Below, piece after piece: positions 28,426-38,673 of a DNA stretch of 64,000 nt. Position 1 is the first letter of the stretch. Each line of letters opens with the position of its first letter. The notes under the pieces were generated by a model that worked only from the letters and a program-made list of their open reading frames with translations, searched no databases and was not told the origin of the DNA. This DNA comes from an uncultured Actinomycetes bacterium (lineage in GTDB: Bacteria; Actinomycetota; UBA4738; HRBIN12): NCBI GenBank assembly GCA_963705545.1, contig CAVPJX010000001.1, positions 1,443,377 to 1,507,376 of the forward strand, written 5' to 3'. A program made the position numbers and the translations under genes.

Positions 28426-30509
28426 CCGTCCTCCTTCCCCTCCGAACCGTTATCGCCGGGACGCCCCACGAGCGCCCGGGCACGGGTCCACCACATCCCG
28501 CCTGTTCCTACGGGCCCGCGCATGCTGCGGGATGCCATCCCGAACGCCTGCGTGATCCGATCGATCACGATCGCCAGCAGCAGGATGCAGATCCCCCCGA
28601 TCATCCCGCGGGCGATCTCGTCGTGGGCCAGACCCTTGATCACCTCGAGGCCGAGGCCGCCTCCGCCGATCAGGCCCGCGATGATCACGACGGACAGCAC
28701 CATCATGATCGTCTGGTTGATCCCCAGCAGGATCGAGGGTCGGGCGAGCGGCAGCTGGACCCGACGGAGCAGCTGACCGCGCGTCGCACCGTAGGCGAGC
28801 GAGGCCTCGACGGTGTCGTGGGGCACCTGTCGGATGCCGAGGTCGGTGAGCCGGACGCACGGAGGAAGGGCGTAGATCATCGCCGCGATCACGCCGGGGA
28901 CGCGGCCGACGTTGAACAGCGCGATCACCGGCACGAGGTAGACGAACGCCGGCATCGTCTGCATCGCGTCGAGGGCAGGCTTCGAGAAGCGCTGGAACGA
29001 GTCGTGTTGCGCGGCGAGGATCCCGAGCGGGATCGCAACGACGATGGCGAGGACGACGGCGACGATCACCTGGCTGAGGGTGTCCATCGCGATGTCCCAC
29101 ATCCCCAGGAATCCGATCGCAGCGAGGCACGAGAAGGCCATGAGGGCGAGCCGGAACCTCCGCGACGCGACCCAAGCGAGCGCGGCCGCGCCGCCGCATA
29201 CCATCCACCAGGGAACCCCCAGGAGCAGATCGCGGATCGGATCGAGGGCGTACATCGTGATCGCGTCCGAGACCGCGCGCGTGAAGTCCCCGAAGGTACT
29301 GGTGATCCAGTCGATCGCCGCGTTCGCGGGATCGGCGACCGAGATCGTCCAGGCGTCGGGCCACGCCTGCTGGCGGAGGACCTGCCGTCCCACGATCACC
29401 GCGAGCGTCGTGGCTAGCGCGGCGGCGATCCAGACCGAGCGCCTCGAGAACGTCCGACCGAAGACCGAGATGCCGGTCTCTCCCCGCCGGTCCCGGGAGC
29501 GTTGGCTCCAGGCGTAGCTGACCCGATCCAAGACGATCGCCATCGCGACGATGGCCAGACCCGCGTTCAGGGCCTCGCCCACGTCGAGCGTCTGGAGGGC
29601 GTTGTAGACCTCTCGACCGAGACCTTGGAAGCCCACCACGGCGGCGATCACGACCATGCCGAGCGCCATCATGATCGTCTGATTCACGCCGAGCATGATC
29701 GAGGGCTTCGCGAGCGGGAGCTGGACCTGCCGCAGGATCTGCCGCTCGGTCGAGCCGTACGCCGAGGCGACCTCGAGCGTGGTGGCCGGGACGCCGCGCA
29801 CCCCCAGGCTCGTGAGACGGACCGCCGGCGGGAGCGCGAAGATCACCGTGGCGATCAACGCCGTGGTCGTGCCGATGCTGAAGAGCAGGACGAGCGGGAT
29901 CAGGTACGAGAACGCGGGGATCGTCTGCATCCCGTCGAGGATCGGACGCAGGATCCGCTCGACGCGATCGTGTCGCCCGGCCCAGATCCCCAGTGGGACC
30001 CCGATCAGGAGCGCGACCGCGACGGCGACCAGCACCAGCGCGAGGGTGGCGATGCTCTGCTCCCACAGGCCGAGCATGCCCATGACCGCGAACCCCGCGC
30101 CCGCGACGATCGCCATCCGCCATCCGGCGATCACTCCGGCGATGCAGACGGCGGCCGTGAGCACACCGAGCCACGTCATCCGGTTCAGGAGCAGCACCAG
30201 GTTCTCGAACAGGGCGTTGACCCCGTTCTTGAGCGGCGTCAGCACGTTGACGAAGATCCAGCTCGTGTCGTCGTTCTCGAGGACCCAGTTCTCGGCCGAC
30301 TCGAACCAGTGACCGATGTCGATCACCCACTTCTCGGGGAACCCCGCCGTGAGCTGCAGGCCGATCAGGGTCACGACGACCGAGATCCCCAGCCAGAACA
30401 GCCGACGACCCCACGGGGAGTCGGCGGGCTCGTGGTGGATCGGTCCCCGAGGGGCCGGGATCTCCTCGCCGCCGACCTCTACCTCGGGGGGGGCGTCGAG
30501 CATCGCCAT
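28422..30509 (-). CDS. ProW/OpuAB-type permease with two fused permease domains
   Basis: 695 aa; LD.MQT.PAF.YL.P, PP.VRLT.LG, VQLPLA.PSI.LG.NQTIMM and DR each occur twice. Confidence 0.92.
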   Translation of the reverse strand: MAMLDAPPEVEVGGEEIPAPRGPIHHEPADSPWGRRLFWLGISVVVTLIGLQLTAGFPEKWVIDIGHWFESAENWVLENDDTSWIFVNVLTPLKNGVNALFENLVLLLNRMTWLGVLTAAVCIAGVIAGWRMAIVAGAGFAVMGMLGLWEQSIATLALVLVAVAVALLIGVPLGIWAGRHDRVERILRPILDGMQTIPAFSYLIPLVLLFSIGTTTALIATVIFALPPAVRLTSLGVRGVPATTLEVASAYGSTERQILRQVQLPLAKPSIMLGVNQTIMMALGMVVIAAVVGFQGLGREVYNALQTLDVGEALNAGLAIVAMAIVLDRVSYAWSQRSRDRRGETGISVFGRTFSRRSVWIAAALATTLAVIVGRQVLRQQAWPDAWTISVADPANAAIDWITSTFGDFTRAVSDAITMYALDPIRDLLLGVPWWMVCGGAAALAWVASRRFRLALMAFSCLAAIGFLGMWDIAMDTLSQVIVAVVLAIVVAIPLGILAAQHDSFQRFSKPALDAMQTMPAFVYLVPVIALFNVGRVPGVIAAMIYALPPCVRLTDLGIRQVPHDTVEASLAYGATRGQLLRRVQLPLARPSILLGINQTIMMVLSVVIIAGLIGGGGLGLEVIKGLAHDEIARGMIGGICILLLAIVIDRITQAFGMASRSMRGPVGTGGMWWTRARALVGRPGDNGSEGKEDG

Positions 30510-31534
30510 CAGTCGACGTCCTCCAGCATCGCCGTCAGCACGGCGGCGCGATCGACGACGCCGACGACCCGGTCGCCGTCGAGCACGCGCAGCGGCAGGT
30601 CGGAGTGGACCACGAGCGGGAGCAGCTCCTGGATGATGGTGTCGGCGGAGATGTCGCTCCCGTACGTGCGTCCGTCCGCGCCCACGGGCTCCATGATCGT
30701 CCGCGCGGTCAACACGTGAGCCCGGGGAACATCGCGGGTGAAGTCGGCCACGTAGTCGTCCGCCGGATGAGCCACGACGTCTTCCGGCGTCCCCACCTGG
30801 ACGAAGGCGCCGTCCTTCATGATCGCGATCCGGTTCCCGAGCTTGAGTGCCTCCATCAGATCGTGCGTGATGAAGATCATCGTCTTCTTCACCTCGCGCT
30901 GCAGCCGCAGCACCTGGTCCTGCATGTCACGTCGGATCAAGGGATCGAGCGCGCTGAACGGCTCGTCGAACAGCATGATCTCGGGGTCCGTCGCGAGCGC
31001 GCGCGCGAGTCCCACCCGCTGCTGCATCCCGCCGGAGAGCTCGTCGGGGTACGCGTTCCCCCACCCGCCGAGACCGACCACGTCCAGCACCTCCTCGGCC
31101 TTGCCCAGACGCTCGGCCTTCTCGACCCCGCGCACCTCGAGACCGTACGCCGCGTTCTCGACGATCCGCCGGTGCGGGAAGAGCCCGAAGTGCTGGAAGA
31201 CCATGCTGATCTTCCGGCGACGAAGGTCGCGGAGCCGGTCGTCGTCGAGCTGCACGACGTCGTCGCCGTCGATCAGCACCTGCCCGGCCGTCGGATCGTG
31301 GAGGCGATTGATCATCCGTACCAAGGTCGATTTCCCAGAGCCGGAGAGCCCCATCACGACGAACACCTCGCCCTCCGCCACGTCGAACGAGACGTCGCGG
31401 ACGGCGGCCACGCATCCGGTCTTCTCGAGGAGCTCCTGGCGGGAGAGCTGCGCGTCCGCAGAGCCGACGATCCGCTCGGCCTTCGGGCCGTACACCTTCC
31501 AGACGTTGCGGCACGAGACGGTGGCGTCGTCCAC
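30509..31534 (-). CDS. Glycine betaine/choline ABC transporter ATPase (ProV/OpuAA) with C-terminal CBS-like region
   Basis: [42 protein letters not shown] and FITHDL motifs; alternative start ATG at 31570. Confidence 0.93.
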   Translation of the reverse strand: MDDATVSCRNVWKVYGPKAERIVGSADAQLSRQELLEKTGCVAAVRDVSFDVAEGEVFVVMGLSGSGKSTLVRMINRLHDPTAGQVLIDGDDVVQLDDDRLRDLRRRKISMVFQHFGLFPHRRIVENAAYGLEVRGVEKAERLGKAEEVLDVVGLGGWGNAYPDELSGGMQQRVGLARALATDPEIMLFDEPFSALDPLIRRDMQDQVLRLQREVKKTMIFITHDLMEALKLGNRIAIMKDGAFVQVGTPEDVVAHPADDYVADFTRDVPRAHVLTARTIMEPVGADGRTYGSDISADTIIQELLPLVVHSDLPLRVLDGDRVVGVVDRAAVLTAMLEDVD

Positions 31535-31605
31535 GAACCCCCCTCGATCGACGGCAGCGCGGCCTTCCATCTTGTGCCCCCGACGACGGGCAGCGCAAGG
31601 TGGCG

Positions 31606-31622
31606 GTTGCGGGTGGAGCAAC
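31606..31622. promoter_or_regulatory. Putative IclR operator, copy 2, in the divergent ABC/betA intergenic region
   Basis: GTTGC-GGGTGGA-GCAAC with perfect 5-bp arms. Confidence 0.6.
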
Positions 31623-31665
31623 GAGCGACTCGCGCGGGGTCCGCCGGGTCGTGCAGGATAGCCCC

Positions 31666-33372
31666 ATGACCGCCTACGACTTCGTGATCGTAGGGGGCGG
31701 CTCGGCCGGCAGCGCCCTCGCCAACCGCCTCTCAGCCGATCCCGGCAACCGGGTGCTGGTCCTCGAGGCGGGACGGCCGGACTACCTGTTCGACGTCTTC
31801 ATCCACATGCCGGCCGCGCTCACGTTCCCGATCGGGAGCCGGTTCTACGACTGGAAGTACGAATCGGAGCCCGAGCCGTTCATGAACGGCCGCCGCATCT
31901 ACCACGCGCGCGGCAAGGTCCTCGGGGGCTCGAGCAGCATCAACGGCATGATCTTCCAGCGCGGCAACCCGCTCGACTACGAGCGCTGGGCCGCCGATCC
32001 CGGCATGGAGACGTGGGACTACGCCCACTGTCTGCCGTACTTCAAGCGGATGGAAACGTGCCTCGCGGCCGAACGCGACGACGCGAGGCGCGGGCACTCG
32101 GGACCGCTCGTCCTCGAGCGCGGGCCGGCGACGAACCCGCTGTTCGGTGCGTTCTTCGAAGCCGTTCAGCAGGCCGGCTACTCGCTCACCGAGGACGTCA
32201 ACGGGTATCGACAGGAGGGGTTCGCACCGTTCGATCGCAACGTGCATCGCGGTCGCCGGTTGTCGGCGGCCCGCGCGTACCTGCATCCGGTCATGGGCCG
32301 ACCGAACCTAGAGGTGCAGACGCGGGCGTTCGTGACCCGTGTCCTGTTCGACGGCGCCCGGGCGATCGGCGTCGAGTACACGCGGGGCCGCGGGGAGGCG
32401 CGTTCGGTGCGCGCCGGCGAGGTGATCCTGTGTGGCGGCGCGATCAACACCCCGCAGACCCTGCAGGTCTCTGGCGTCGGCAACGCCGCGGAGCTGCGGG
32501 CGCTCGGCGTCGAGATCGTGCACGACCTGCCGGGCGTCGGCGAGCACCTACAGGATCACCTCGAGGTCTACGTCCAGTACGCCTGCAAGCAGCCGGTGTC
32601 GATGGCGCCCTACCTCCAGTGGCGTTACCGGCCGTGGGTGGGGTTCCAGTGGTTGTTCTTCCGGCGCGGGCCGGGCGCGACGAACCACTTCGAGGGCGGT
32701 GGGTTCGCACGTAGCAACGATGACGTCGCCTACCCGAACCTGATGTTCCACTTCCTGCCGATCGCGGTGCGTTACGACGGCTCCGCCCCGGCCGGCGACC
32801 ACGGGTACCAGGTCCACATCGGCCCGATGTACTCGGACGCGCGCGGCTCGATCAAGATCAAGAGCGCCGATCCGACCGTGCATCCGGCCCTGCGCTTCAA
32901 CTACCTGTCGACCGAGCAGGACCGTCGCGAGTGGGTCGAGGCGATCCACGTGGCCCGCGACATCCTGAGCCAGCCCGCGATGGACCCGTTCAACGCGGGC
33001 GAGATCTCGCCCGGCCCGGCGGTCGCGACCGACGAGGAGATCCTCGAGTGGGTCGCGCGCGACGGCGAGACGGCGCTGCATCCGTCGTGCACGGCCCGCA
33101 TGGGCGTCGACGAGCTGTCGGTCACCGACCCGCTGACGATGAAGGTGCACGGCCTCGAGGGTCTCCGCGTCGTCGACGCGTCCGTGATGCCCTACGTGAC
33201 GAACGGCAACATCTACGCGCCCGTGATGATGGTGGCCGAGAAGGCCGCCGACCTGATCCTCGGGAACACCCCGCTCGCGCCCGAGCACACCGACTTCTAC
33301 CGGCACGAGCGGCCGAAGCCCCGGAGGAAGCGCGCAGCGCCGACGAGCGATCCTGCCGGCGATCCGGCCTAG
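31666..33372 (+). CDS. betA: Choline dehydrogenase
   Basis: [64 protein letters not shown] and AEKAAD motifs. Confidence 0.92.
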   Translation: MTAYDFVIVGGGSAGSALANRLSADPGNRVLVLEAGRPDYLFDVFIHMPAALTFPIGSRFYDWKYESEPEPFMNGRRIYHARGKVLGGSSSINGMIFQRGNPLDYERWAADPGMETWDYAHCLPYFKRMETCLAAERDDARRGHSGPLVLERGPATNPLFGAFFEAVQQAGYSLTEDVNGYRQEGFAPFDRNVHRGRRLSAARAYLHPVMGRPNLEVQTRAFVTRVLFDGARAIGVEYTRGRGEARSVRAGEVILCGGAINTPQTLQVSGVGNAAELRALGVEIVHDLPGVGEHLQDHLEVYVQYACKQPVSMAPYLQWRYRPWVGFQWLFFRRGPGATNHFEGGGFARSNDDVAYPNLMFHFLPIAVRYDGSAPAGDHGYQVHIGPMYSDARGSIKIKSADPTVHPALRFNYLSTEQDRREWVEAIHVARDILSQPAMDPFNAGEISPGPAVATDEEILEWVARDGETALHPSCTARMGVDELSVTDPLTMKVHGLEGLRVVDASVMPYVTNGNIYAPVMMVAEKAADLILGNTPLAPEHTDFYRHERPKPRRKRAAPTSDPAGDPA

Positions 33373-34217
33373 CCGAGCCCCAGCATCAGCAGGCCGGCCA
33401 CCACCAACCCGATCCCGACGAACTGGTTCGGCACGAGCCGCTCCCGCAGGATCGCCATCGAGAGCACCACGGCCACCAGTGGGAACACCGCGCTCGCCGC
33501 GAGCGTCACCGACACGTAGCCGCGATCGGCGCCGATCGACAGCCCGATCACCCCGACGATGTCCGCGGCCGCCGCGACGAGCGCGAACGCGAGGCCGCGC
33601 CGATCCCGCAGCCGCGACGCCTGGGACCGGGCGACGATCGCGAGCGGCACGTAGCACGCCACCTGGGCGACGCGCGAGGACCACAGGCCGACGACCCAGC
33701 CGGCGCGCTGCGACAGGTAGCCGAGCAGGAACCCCGCCACCCCGAACGCGACCGCCGAGACGACCGCCCACGGGACGCCGGCGCCGACGCGGCGGATCCC
33801 GGCGCGGAACTCCCGCAGGTCGGTCGAGACGAGCATCACGCCGCCGACGGTGACGAGGCTCCCCAGGAGCGCGATCGTCCCCGGACGCTCGTCCAGGAAG
33901 ACGACCGCCAGCAGGACGCCGACCACGGCGTAGGCGGCTCCGATCGGGCTCACGACCGCCACCGGGCCCAGCTGCAACGCCCGGTAGTGCGTCTGGTAGG
34001 CCGCGGCCGCGCACACGCCGTTCAGCGCCACCAACCCGATCACCGGGCCGAGGGGCGCGAGGGGATCGCCCGACCACAGCAGGATCGCGCTGATCACCAC
34101 GGCCGAGAGCGCCTGCCCGACGATGACGGCCCACAGGCTCCCGACCCGGCGGCCCGCGAGCGCGCCCTCGAAGTCCGCGAGCCCGAACCCGAGGGCCGCG
34201 ACCAGTCCGTAGATCAC
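33369..34217 (-). CDS. EamA/DMT family transporter
   Basis: About ten TM segments; [15 protein letters not shown] and FLDER / ILRER repeat ends. Confidence 0.88.
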   Translation of the reverse strand: MIYGLVAALGFGLADFEGALAGRRVGSLWAVIVGQALSAVVISAILLWSGDPLAPLGPVIGLVALNGVCAAAAYQTHYRALQLGPVAVVSPIGAAYAVVGVLLAVVFLDERPGTIALLGSLVTVGGVMLVSTDLREFRAGIRRVGAGVPWAVVSAVAFGVAGFLLGYLSQRAGWVVGLWSSRVAQVACYVPLAIVARSQASRLRDRRGLAFALVAAAADIVGVIGLSIGADRGYVSVTLAASAVFPLVAVVLSMAILRERLVPNQFVGIGLVVAGLLMLGLG

Positions 34218-34230
34218 GCGCGGCCCGGGC

Positions 34231-36348
34231 TCACGCGCGCGGGCCGACGACCGGGGGCCGTGCCTCGGCGAGCGCGTCGACCGCGACGGCGCCGTGCTCG
34301 GACACGATGAGCGGGTTGGCCTCGAGCGAGCTGAGCCGCGACCGCAGATCGTGCGCGGCGCGCGCGATCGCGGCCACGGCCCGAGCCGTCGCCGCGAGGT
34401 CGTGACGGTGCGGATCCAGGCCGCACCGCTCGGCCTGTTCCTGCACGAACCGACGGGCCTGCGCCGGACGCAGCGGTGCCGCGACGAACGTCGCGGCACC
34501 GGCCTCGGCGAGCGCGCCACCCGGCCGCATCGTGAGGCAGGCTCCGAACCGCTCGTCGATCACCGCGCCGACGAGCACCTCGGTCCCCGAAGCCATCGCC
34601 TGGACCAGGACCCTCGGCGCGCGTGCACCGGCACGCCGGGCTGCCGAGAGGACCTCGGCCGCCGCGATCTCGACGTCGGTCCCGTTCGCGAGGCCGAGGT
34701 GCACGCCCCCGAGCTTCGCCTTGTGCGGCAGCTCGGGCGCGAGCGCCTTCACCGCGACGGGGAACCCGATCCGCGCGGCGGCCGTCCGCGCGGCGGCCGG
34801 GTCGCGAACGATGGCCTCTGCCGGGCGACGCACCCCGTAGGCAGATAGCAGGGTGGCACCCTGTGCCTCGTCGAGCGGTCCGCTCAGACCGCGGAGCAAG
34901 CGGATCGCGCGCGACCGGCCGGCGTGCGGTGGCAGGTCGGGCATGGAACGGACGTTCGCCTGCTGGAGCTCGACCAGCGCGCGGATCGCGCCGGTCGCCG
35001 CCCGGTGCCCCTGCAGGAAGGGGATCCCCGCACGACGGATGAACGCGTGCGCGGCCTCGCCGTAGGCGAGCGCGCCCATCGCGACCGAGGCGAAGACCAC
35101 GCCGGTCTCGCGCCGCAGCGCGCGCACCTCCTCGATCACCGGTTCGGCCCAGGTGCCCTCGTCCTCGGATCGCGGCGGGAAGGCGTCGAACGCGATCATC
35201 CCCACGGCGGGGTCGTGCGCCAGCGCCCGCAGGGCCCCGCGGAACATCCGCGTCTCGACCGCGGCCTGCCCCGTGACGTCGAGCGGGTTGTTCTGCGAGG
35301 CGAACGCCGGCAGCGCGCGTCGCAGGCGTCGTTTCGTCGTCGCGGAGAACTCGGGCAGTGACAGACCCTGCGCCCCCGCGGCTTCGGCGAACAACGTGCA
35401 CGCCCCGCCCGATTGCAGCGCCGCGGCCACGCCGGTGGTTCGGAGGCGCCGGTGATGGGACAGGAGGAGCGCGGCCTCGAACATCGTCACCGGATCCTCA
35501 ACCAACACCACGCCATGTCCACGGAACCAGGCGTCGCGGAGCGCCGTGTCTCCGGCGAGCGCCCCGGTGTGCGCCACGATCGAGCGGCGAGCGGCCTCGC
35601 TCCGCCCCTCGGGCGCACAGATCAGGACCGGCTTGCGCGCTTCGCGGAGGGCGTCGAGACCCCGGCCCATCCCGTCGACGTCGCGCATCGTCTCGACGTA
35701 CGAGGTCACGACCCGGGTGTGCCGATCCGCCGCGGCCCAGACGAAGAGGTCGCCCAGTCCGAGGACCGCTTCGTTCCCCACGCCTAGGACGATCCGCAGA
35801 CCGAGCCCTCGGTCGCTCGCGAGCTGGCTCATCGTCCAGGCGACCGTCCCGCTCTGAGAGAGCACGGCGATCGACCCCGGGATCGGGCGTGGCGGAGGCG
35901 TCGTGCCGTACGGTGCGACGCGCTCGACGTGGTTGACGAACCCCTCCACGTTCGGCCCGAGGACCGGCAGATCGTGCCTGAGCGCGACGGCCCGGAGCTC
36001 CGCCTGGAGCCTCCGCCCCTCGTCGCCCGCCTCGGCGAACCCCGAGGAGACCACCATCGCGCTGCGGACGCCCGCTCGCCCGCAGTCGTCCACCATCTGG
36101 ACCGCGACCCGGGCGGGGACGACGATCACCGCAAGGTCGACACCGCGTGGGAGCTCGCGCACGCTCGCGTGGCAGGGCCGTCCCCACACCTCGAGGTACT
36201 TGGGGTTGACCGGGTACAGCTCGCCGTCGAACCCGACGTGCCGGAGCGACCGCTCGATCTCGGGAGCCCAGCTGTCCGGCGACTCCGACGCGCCGACGAT
36301 CGCGATGGAGCGAGGGACGAGCAGCGGTCGGAGCCGGCTCGGGTTCAT
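34231..36348 (-). CDS. ADP-forming acetate/acyl-CoA ligase family protein (CoA-binding plus ATP-grasp)
   Basis: PRSIAIVGAS, YPVNP, SSGFAE, LGPN, SQSG, AHTGALAG (phospho-His), NPLD, HKAKLGGV and EANPL motifs. Confidence 0.9.
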   Translation of the reverse strand: MNPSRLRPLLVPRSIAIVGASESPDSWAPEIERSLRHVGFDGELYPVNPKYLEVWGRPCHASVRELPRGVDLAVIVVPARVAVQMVDDCGRAGVRSAMVVSSGFAEAGDEGRRLQAELRAVALRHDLPVLGPNVEGFVNHVERVAPYGTTPPPRPIPGSIAVLSQSGTVAWTMSQLASDRGLGLRIVLGVGNEAVLGLGDLFVWAAADRHTRVVTSYVETMRDVDGMGRGLDALREARKPVLICAPEGRSEAARRSIVAHTGALAGDTALRDAWFRGHGVVLVEDPVTMFEAALLLSHHRRLRTTGVAAALQSGGACTLFAEAAGAQGLSLPEFSATTKRRLRRALPAFASQNNPLDVTGQAAVETRMFRGALRALAHDPAVGMIAFDAFPPRSEDEGTWAEPVIEEVRALRRETGVVFASVAMGALAYGEAAHAFIRRAGIPFLQGHRAATGAIRALVELQQANVRSMPDLPPHAGRSRAIRLLRGLSGPLDEAQGATLLSAYGVRRPAEAIVRDPAAARTAAARIGFPVAVKALAPELPHKAKLGGVHLGLANGTDVEIAAAEVLSAARRAGARAPRVLVQAMASGTEVLVGAVIDERFGACLTMRPGGALAEAGAATFVAAPLRPAQARRFVQEQAERCGLDPHRHDLAATARAVAAIARAAHDLRSRLSSLEANPLIVSEHGAVAVDALAEARPPVVGPRA

Positions 36349-36370
36349 CCGGCGGCGTGCGGTCGGGCGG

Positions 36371-37207
36371 TCAAGACCGGTCGCCCCGGAACTTCGCGTC
36401 GCGCCAGGCGATCGCTTCCTTCAGGCCTCGTTCGTTCGTGATCTGCCGGAACTCCGCGCGGGCGGGCAGGTCCGCCGTCTCGATCATCGTGTCGAGCTCG
36501 GTGTTCGCCTCGAGCGCCTGCCGGAACCCGGCCACATCCCATGCGCGGTTCACGGCACGTTTCGTGGTCTGGATCACGAACGGCTCGTTCTTCGCGATCT
36601 CCTCGGCCAGCGCGACCGTCTCGTCGTCCAGGCGGTCGCGGGGGACCACGCGGTTCACCATGCCGATCCGCAGTGCTTCGTCCGCCGGGATCCGGTCTTC
36701 CCCCGTGAACAGCAGCTCCTTGGCCTTCCGCACCCCGACGACCCACGGCAGGAACATCGAGACCACGCCCGACCCGAAGCGCACGTCCACGTACCCGAAG
36801 ACCGCGTCGTCGGCGGCGACCGCGAGGTCGCACGCGAGCATCAGATCGGTCCCCCCCGCGAGGCAGTAGGAGCGCACGCTCGCGATCACGGGCTTGGGGC
36901 AGTCCACGATCTCGAGCATCTTCGCCGTGGAGCCCCGCAGCTCCTCGTGCCAGTGCTTGGCGTCAAGCACGCCACCGCGCGCGTCCTCGTTCAGGTCGTA
37001 CCCGGCGCAGAACGCGCGGCCGGCGCCGCGGAGGATCACGACCGCGACATCATCGTCTTCGCCGGCCCGTCGGATCGCTTCCGAGAGCGCGGCGACCAGC
37101 TCGCCGTTGAGGGCGTTGAGGGCCCGGCCGCGGTTCATCGTCAGGCGGCGGACCGGGCCGAGGTCTTCGGTAACCAACACGGGCTCGTTCGCGGCATCGT
37201 CGCTCAT
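36371..37207 (-). CDS. Enoyl-CoA hydratase/isomerase family protein
   Basis: LNALN, GAGRAFCAGYDL, PKPVIASV, CLAGG and KAKELLFTG motifs. Confidence 0.9.
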   Translation of the reverse strand: MSDDAANEPVLVTEDLGPVRRLTMNRGRALNALNGELVAALSEAIRRAGEDDDVAVVILRGAGRAFCAGYDLNEDARGGVLDAKHWHEELRGSTAKMLEIVDCPKPVIASVRSYCLAGGTDLMLACDLAVAADDAVFGYVDVRFGSGVVSMFLPWVVGVRKAKELLFTGEDRIPADEALRIGMVNRVVPRDRLDDETVALAEEIAKNEPFVIQTTKRAVNRAWDVAGFRQALEANTELDTMIETADLPARAEFRQITNERGLKEAIAWRDAKFRGDRS

Positions 37208-37440
37208 GGGGCTCCCCTCCGGTCCGGCGCCACGGCCGGGCGGGCATCGTATCGGCGCCGGGCGGCGAGGCGCCAACGCGCCGGTCCCTCTGCTGAGCGA
37301 ACCGATCTCTCGTCCGACGCGAACACCCCTCAGGGTCGCCTTGCAAGTGCGAACCACACCGTGGTAATCACCGTTGTCATCGCCTCAGGGGGCCGGATCG
37401 CTCGCCCGGCGCCTCCGGGGCGGTCGAAGGGGGCACAGTC

Positions 37441-38673
37441 ATGCAGCATCCGATGGACCGAAGGGCATTCCTCCGCCGCGGCGCAGGCGCCCTCATCGCC
37501 GCGCCCAGCCTGGCGTCGATCCTCGCAGCGTGTGCCCGGCCGGGCCAGATCCCCGAGGGGACGGTGCTGGTCCCCCCCGCCCGCCAGGACACTCCGGTCG
37601 AGCTCCCGCTCTACGGCGAGCCGATCCCGACGGACACGCCGATCGAAGCCGGGGGGACGCTGCAGGTCTACAACTGGGACTCCTACATGAAGAAGTCGGT
37701 CCTCAAGGCCTTCGAAGCGCAGTACGACGTCACGATCGAGTGGACGACCTTCCTCAACATGGAGGAGGGGATCGCCAAGATGAGCACCGGCCAGATCGCG
37801 GCGGACGTCTTCTTCCCCACGGTCGACTACCTCGGCCGCCTGAACGAGGCGCAGCTGATGCAGCCGCTGAACCATGAGCTGATCCCGAACCTCGAGGAGA
37901 ACGTCTGGCCCGCGTTCCGTGACCCCTTCTACGACCGTGGCTGGCGGTACTCGGTCCCCTACGTGATCTGGAACACGGGCATCGCGTATCGACGCGATCA
38001 CATCGACGATGCGGAAGTGGCTGAGAAGGGGTACGACATCCTGTGGGATCCGGTGTATCACGGGAAGACGGGGTTCTACGACTCGTACCGCGACGCTCTC
38101 GGCATGGCGCTCCTCCGCCGCGGCGTGACCGACCTGAACACCGGAGACGCCGAGCAGATCGCATCCGCGAAAGACGACCTCCTCGAGATGATCGATCTGA
38201 CGGGTGCACAGATCACGGTCAACGGGGTCTACGCCAGGATGCCCGAGGACGAATTCTGGCTCCACCAGGCGTGGTCCGGCGACATCGTCGGCGCACAGTG
38301 GTACCTGCCCAAGGGCGTGTCGACCGATGTGCTCGGGTACTGGTTCCCGCCGGATCGACGAGGCGCCGGCTTCAACGACCTGATGGTGATCCCTTCGACG
38401 TCGAAGAACCCTCGGCTCGCCCACGAGTTCCTCAACTTCTTCCTCGACGCACACTGGGGGTACCAGAACTTCGCGCTCTGGAACGGGTACCAACCCCCGT
38501 TCACCACGATCAAGCCCGCCAACCTGATCGACGACGGCGTCGTGCCCGCCACGATCCCCGACGCCGTCCTCACCAAGGGGGACTACGCCAAGGCCTACTT
38601 CCTGCTCGAGCTCGAGCCGGACGTGGACCAACTCTGGTTAGACGCCTGGGACGAAGTGACGGTCGGTGCGTAG
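37441..38673 (+). CDS. potD: Spermidine/putrescine-type ABC substrate-binding protein (PotD/PotF family), Tat lipoprotein
   Basis: DRRAFLRR twin-Arg signal and LAAC lipobox; YNWDSY, QAWSGD and AHEFLNF motifs. Confidence 0.85.
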   Translation: MQHPMDRRAFLRRGAGALIAAPSLASILAACARPGQIPEGTVLVPPARQDTPVELPLYGEPIPTDTPIEAGGTLQVYNWDSYMKKSVLKAFEAQYDVTIEWTTFLNMEEGIAKMSTGQIAADVFFPTVDYLGRLNEAQLMQPLNHELIPNLEENVWPAFRDPFYDRGWRYSVPYVIWNTGIAYRRDHIDDAEVAEKGYDILWDPVYHGKTGFYDSYRDALGMALLRRGVTDLNTGDAEQIASAKDDLLEMIDLTGAQITVNGVYARMPEDEFWLHQAWSGDIVGAQWYLPKGVSTDVLGYWFPPDRRGAGFNDLMVIPSTSKNPRLAHEFLNFFLDAHWGYQNFALWNGYQPPFTTIKPANLIDDGVVPATIPDAVLTKGDYAKAYFLLELEPDVDQLWLDAWDEVTVGA

